Assembly (NCBI GenBank): GCA_965223865.1
Contig: OZ245020.1
Span: 1,472,001 to 1,536,000, forward strand
Reading direction: 5' to 3'
Length of the DNA stretch: 64,000 bases
Source of the DNA: Nitrosarchaeum sp.
Lineage (GTDB): Archaea; Thermoproteota; Nitrososphaeria; Nitrososphaerales; Nitrosopumilaceae
The position numbers were made by a program, and so were the translations under genes. Shown one piece after another: positions 60,904-64,000 of the stretch (positions are counted from its first letter, which is position 1; each line of letters begins with the position of its first letter). The notes below the pieces were generated by a model. That model saw only the letters and a list, made by a program, of their open reading frames with translations, did not search any database and was not told the DNA's origin.

Positions 60904-61272
60904 TCAGTTGTCATCACAAATATTTTTGATTAAATTTAGTATTTCAGAGATAATGTGCTGATGATTATTTTCAATATTGGTATGCACCATTAGTAGGTAC
61001 TTATCATTGATAGGAAATGATATTCTTTTCATCTTTTCGTATTCACCCATAGAATACTTGGTTTTTCCAATTCTATGTTCAATATTTTTTCGTGTGTCCC
61101 ATCTCTGTACGGCATAAAAGTGCACCATCTTTAATTCATCATCTGCGAGTATTGGAGTCATCTCTTTTCTATATCTTCCAAACATCTTCTCGCCACTCTT
61201 GCTCAAAATTACAGCATAGTGAATTGATTTGTCTAAATCCATTATTTGATCATAAAACTTTTCAAAATCCAC
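60904..61272 (-). CDS. DUF6659-like protein
   Basis: IMDLDKSIHYAVI...RW.TR......GK.KYSM.EYEK.KR.SFP. Confidence 0.82.
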   Translation of the reverse strand: MDFEKFYDQIMDLDKSIHYAVILSKSGEKMFGRYRKEMTPILADDELKMVHFYAVQRWDTRKNIEHRIGKTKYSMGEYEKMKRISFPINDKYLLMVHTNIENNHQHIISEILNLIKNICDDN

Positions 61273-61517
61273 AGATTAGTTCATTTGTACTTGTTAAAAT
61301 AGGATCTTGTTTCAATTATTTATTATTTAAGAAGAAGGTATCTAATGAAATGAGGCACACATCAAATACACATTCTATAATACCAAGAATACTCTAGCAT
61401 CTCAGCTTTCTTCCAAGCCCAAATCTCATTATTGACATATTTTATGGGTGTGATCTCTTTATGCTTAAGAATATTTTTCTGACTCACTTCATCTTGATAG
61501 AAATTATTTTTAAAAAA

Positions 61518-61736
61518 TCAATATGTTAAAACAAACTGGTTTTCTAACACCTTTCTTATGGTTTCAAGATACTGTTTTCTAGTTCCCGATACTAATTTCC
61601 ATCGAGTTTGCATTTCTTGCTCAAGTGTTTCAGAGATTTCAGCAAATTCTTTTCCCGAGTCTAATTCCTCTTTTGCAATCTCCACTAATAATTGGATTTT
61701 TAGTTTTCTTCTCCAAGCATGAGAATTTTCATACAT
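61518..61736 (-). CDS. hypothetical protein
   Basis: 72-aa helical ORF with EMQTRWKLV..TRKQYL. Confidence 0.75.
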   Translation of the reverse strand: MYENSHAWRRKLKIQLLVEIAKEELDSGKEFAEISETLEQEMQTRWKLVSGTRKQYLETIRKVLENQFVLTY

Positions 61737-62369
61737 ATTGCTATTTCTGTACTAGTATGCACTAAATAAATTACTGTGTATTTTTACAATCAAAATTATC
61801 AATTAATAGAAAGAATAAAGAGCAACATATCTATCGCATACATACCACAATTGTAAATCAATAAAACATATTCAACCTGAGCAACTGTGGCGTTGAAACT
61901 CCATTATAGAGAGTTTTTTTTGACACATCAACAAAAATTATGGATGATTTATCAGTTCTACGCAGTACTATTAATTAAAAATCACATACACATAATATGA
62001 AATCAAAAATACATGATGAAGAGTCGATAACAATAACTGGTTTGTTAGATGTGCTAACATCTGTTTGGAATGAAGAAAGATAAATTGGGTTGACATCCCT
62101 CAACAATCAATTCTTCTTCATGCTTAAAGTCAAATAAAATAATGGACTTTGTTCTCTAGATTTCTTTCAAATTACCCAGATGACTTGTGTGGGTGGTTAG
62201 AATTTTGAGTTTATTGGATAAGGATTATAAAAAAATCAAAGACAATCCATACATAAGAATAGTCTGGTAGAAGAAGATAATTTCGGTATTTACAATTCTT
62301 GTATCTACTAGTATTCTAATATGAGAAACGACATGAAGTTTATCTATTTCAGTAGAAAATTTGTAAATC

Positions 62370-62843
62370 ATGTACAAAACAATCCTTGTACCTCATGCTG
62401 GAACACCCGCTGGGGATGAGGCATTAAAACATGCTATTAGTGTTGCAAAGTGTAAGTCATCAAAAATAATCATTTTACATGTAATAGAGCCATGGTCTGA
62501 TCCAAGTTTTGGTTACTGGATAGAGCAAGAAACTACAGTCAAGGATCAGATAGACTCAATCTTTTCAAATCTCGAAGAAAGCGGCAGAAAGTTTCTTGCA
62601 GAGCGAGTGTCTCGATGCAGAAAAGAAGGTCTGTCTTGTGAGGGCATATTCAGAGTCGGGAAACCATCTGACTCTATCATAAAATACGCCAATGAAGAAA
62701 AGATAGATCTCATAATAATGGGCAAAAAGAAAAGGATTCCAAACTACAAGTCCATGTTCAAGATAGGAAGCGTAACAAAAAAAGTTCAAGAAAAAGTTGA
62801 CTGTTCAATTTTACTAGTTGATACAGATGACGAATCAGAATGA
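62370..62843 (+). CDS. universal stress protein (UspA family)
   Basis: YKTILVPH.G..A...AL..A, LHVI, G.P.D.I..YA....DLIIMG, IGSVT.KV. Confidence 0.92.
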   Translation: MYKTILVPHAGTPAGDEALKHAISVAKCKSSKIIILHVIEPWSDPSFGYWIEQETTVKDQIDSIFSNLEESGRKFLAERVSRCRKEGLSCEGIFRVGKPSDSIIKYANEEKIDLIIMGKKKRIPNYKSMFKIGSVTKKVQEKVDCSILLVDTDDESE

Positions 62844-63128
62844 TACAGTTGGCACGTATCTTTCACTTGTATAACACTAAGAAGATAACAACAAAATGAA
62901 TTACATAAAAAAAGAAAAATCAAGAGATTGTCATCCCTCCCAGAACATAAAGTGGCCTATAGTACTAGCTTCTTGTATCCTTGAGCTCTTTTCTTAGTTC
63001 TATTAGTTTTCCAGCGTTCTCATTTAATTTTTACAATGATTCTTTTGCTAAAGGAGTTTCGCCTGGAAGAACGATGGTTGCAAGCTCATCATTTGTTGCA
63101 GAAATTTCTGCTTTCAAAAAATAAAGTG

Positions 63129-64000
63129 TTATGATGCTTTGATTTTTCTTTTGTTGTACAAGAGATAAAAAATGCAGCCTGCACCAATTATTCCCAATCC
63201 TACCAAAATAATTTCCAATTCAAATTGTATTGCCATATAGACAGTTACAATAAATCCAACGAGAGGCAATATGGGAAACTTTCCAATATTTACGGGAACT
63301 TTAAATGGGCGTTCCACATCTGGTTTTACGTATCTCAACAAGATTACTGCCAGGTTCACCATAGCAAATGTAATGACTATTGCAAAAACCACAATATTGG
63401 CAACAATTACAATGTCACCTACAAAAGCAAATGCGACTGACGTGAGAAAAATGTAGACTACTGCCACCCATGGGGTCCCAGTTCTTCCATGAACTCTTGC
63501 CAAAATAAGAGGTAAGGAGCCATCCTTTGCCATCCCATAAAGTATTCTTGCGCCAGCCACCAGAGTAATTAGAACGGTGCTGGCAGTGGCAAATAATGCA
63601 ATTGCAGATAGAGTAATTCCTCCTTCCATTTCCAATCCCCGTGCAGCTACATCGGCCAAAGGTGCAGTCGATTGACTCAACTCCTCCCAGTTTAGCACCT
63701 GCACAGAGGACAAAGAAACAAGAATGTAGATTACTCCCGTGATCAATACTGACAAAATTATTGCCCTAGGAAACGTCTTCTTGGGTTTTTTTACTTCCTC
63801 TGCAACATTTGCCATGTCTTCAAACCCAATAAAGGCAAAAAATATCAGAACAAATGCAAGCATTATTCCAGGTATTCCGTTTGGGGCATCAAAATAATCA
63901 ACAGAATCATTACTCTCAAAAGTAAAACCCAAGAAAATAATTATTCCAAGACCTGCAATTGTAACTAGTGCAAAAACCGTATTCATCCAAGCAGAGTGCC
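63129..64000 (-). CDS. APC-family amino acid permease, 5' end outside window
   Basis: FFAFIGFE..AN.AEEVK.PKK..PRAI, ARILYGMAKDG.LP, GTPWVA, RPFKVP. Confidence 0.92.
   Translation of the reverse strand, partial: HSAWMNTVFALVTIAGLGIIIFLGFTFESNDSVDYFDAPNGIPGIMLAFVLIFFAFIGFEDMANVAEEVKKPKKTFPRAIILSVLITGVIYILVSLSSVQVLNWEELSQSTAPLADVAARGLEMEGGITLSAIALFATASTVLITLVAGARILYGMAKDGSLPLILARVHGRTGTPWVAVVYIFLTSVAFAFVGDIVIVANIVVFAIVITFAMVNLAVILLRYVKPDVERPFKVPVNIGKFPILPLVGFIVTVYMAIQFELEIILVGLGIIGAGCIFYLLYNKRKIKAS

Noticed and set aside
1-64000. CRISPR arrays, tRNA, rRNA, IS elements or integrases
   Set aside because: No repeat-spacer array, cloverleaf, rRNA-like tract or transposase/integrase motif was seen by eye; a formal scan was not run.

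Overview
64 kb of an AT-rich ammonia-oxidising archaeon, judged Nitrosopumilus-like from CFI-box-CTERM surface proteins, a PEWIKNNAxWW-tail protein, DUF6659-type proteins and archaeal EF-2. Core-like genes include EF-2, futalosine-pathway MqnD and an MqnE-like radical SAM enzyme, Fe/Mn SOD, a SNF2 helicase, Dpp/Opp permeases and a JAB metalloprotease. These are interleaved with many small hypothetical and Zn-finger genes, several too short for the ORF track. I saw no rRNA, tRNA, CRISPR array or transposase. Highlights: (1) a divergent caspase plus Pepco/Trypco-like gene pair sharing an SKG motif, a candidate protease-activated defence module; (2) a 1396-aa NHL/FN3 surface protein with internal repeats that look nucleotide-identical but have unique spacers; (3) two similar minus-strand hairpin elements and a GNRA-capped hairpin upstream of a glnA with no canonical start codon; (4) paired RTTCA-N5-TGAAY operators on both sides of an Lrp-family gene; (5) an orphan 3-aminobutyryl-CoA ammonia-lyase; (6) many broken genes, which may be real decay or assembly error. 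All calls come from reading motifs by eye; no database searches were run.
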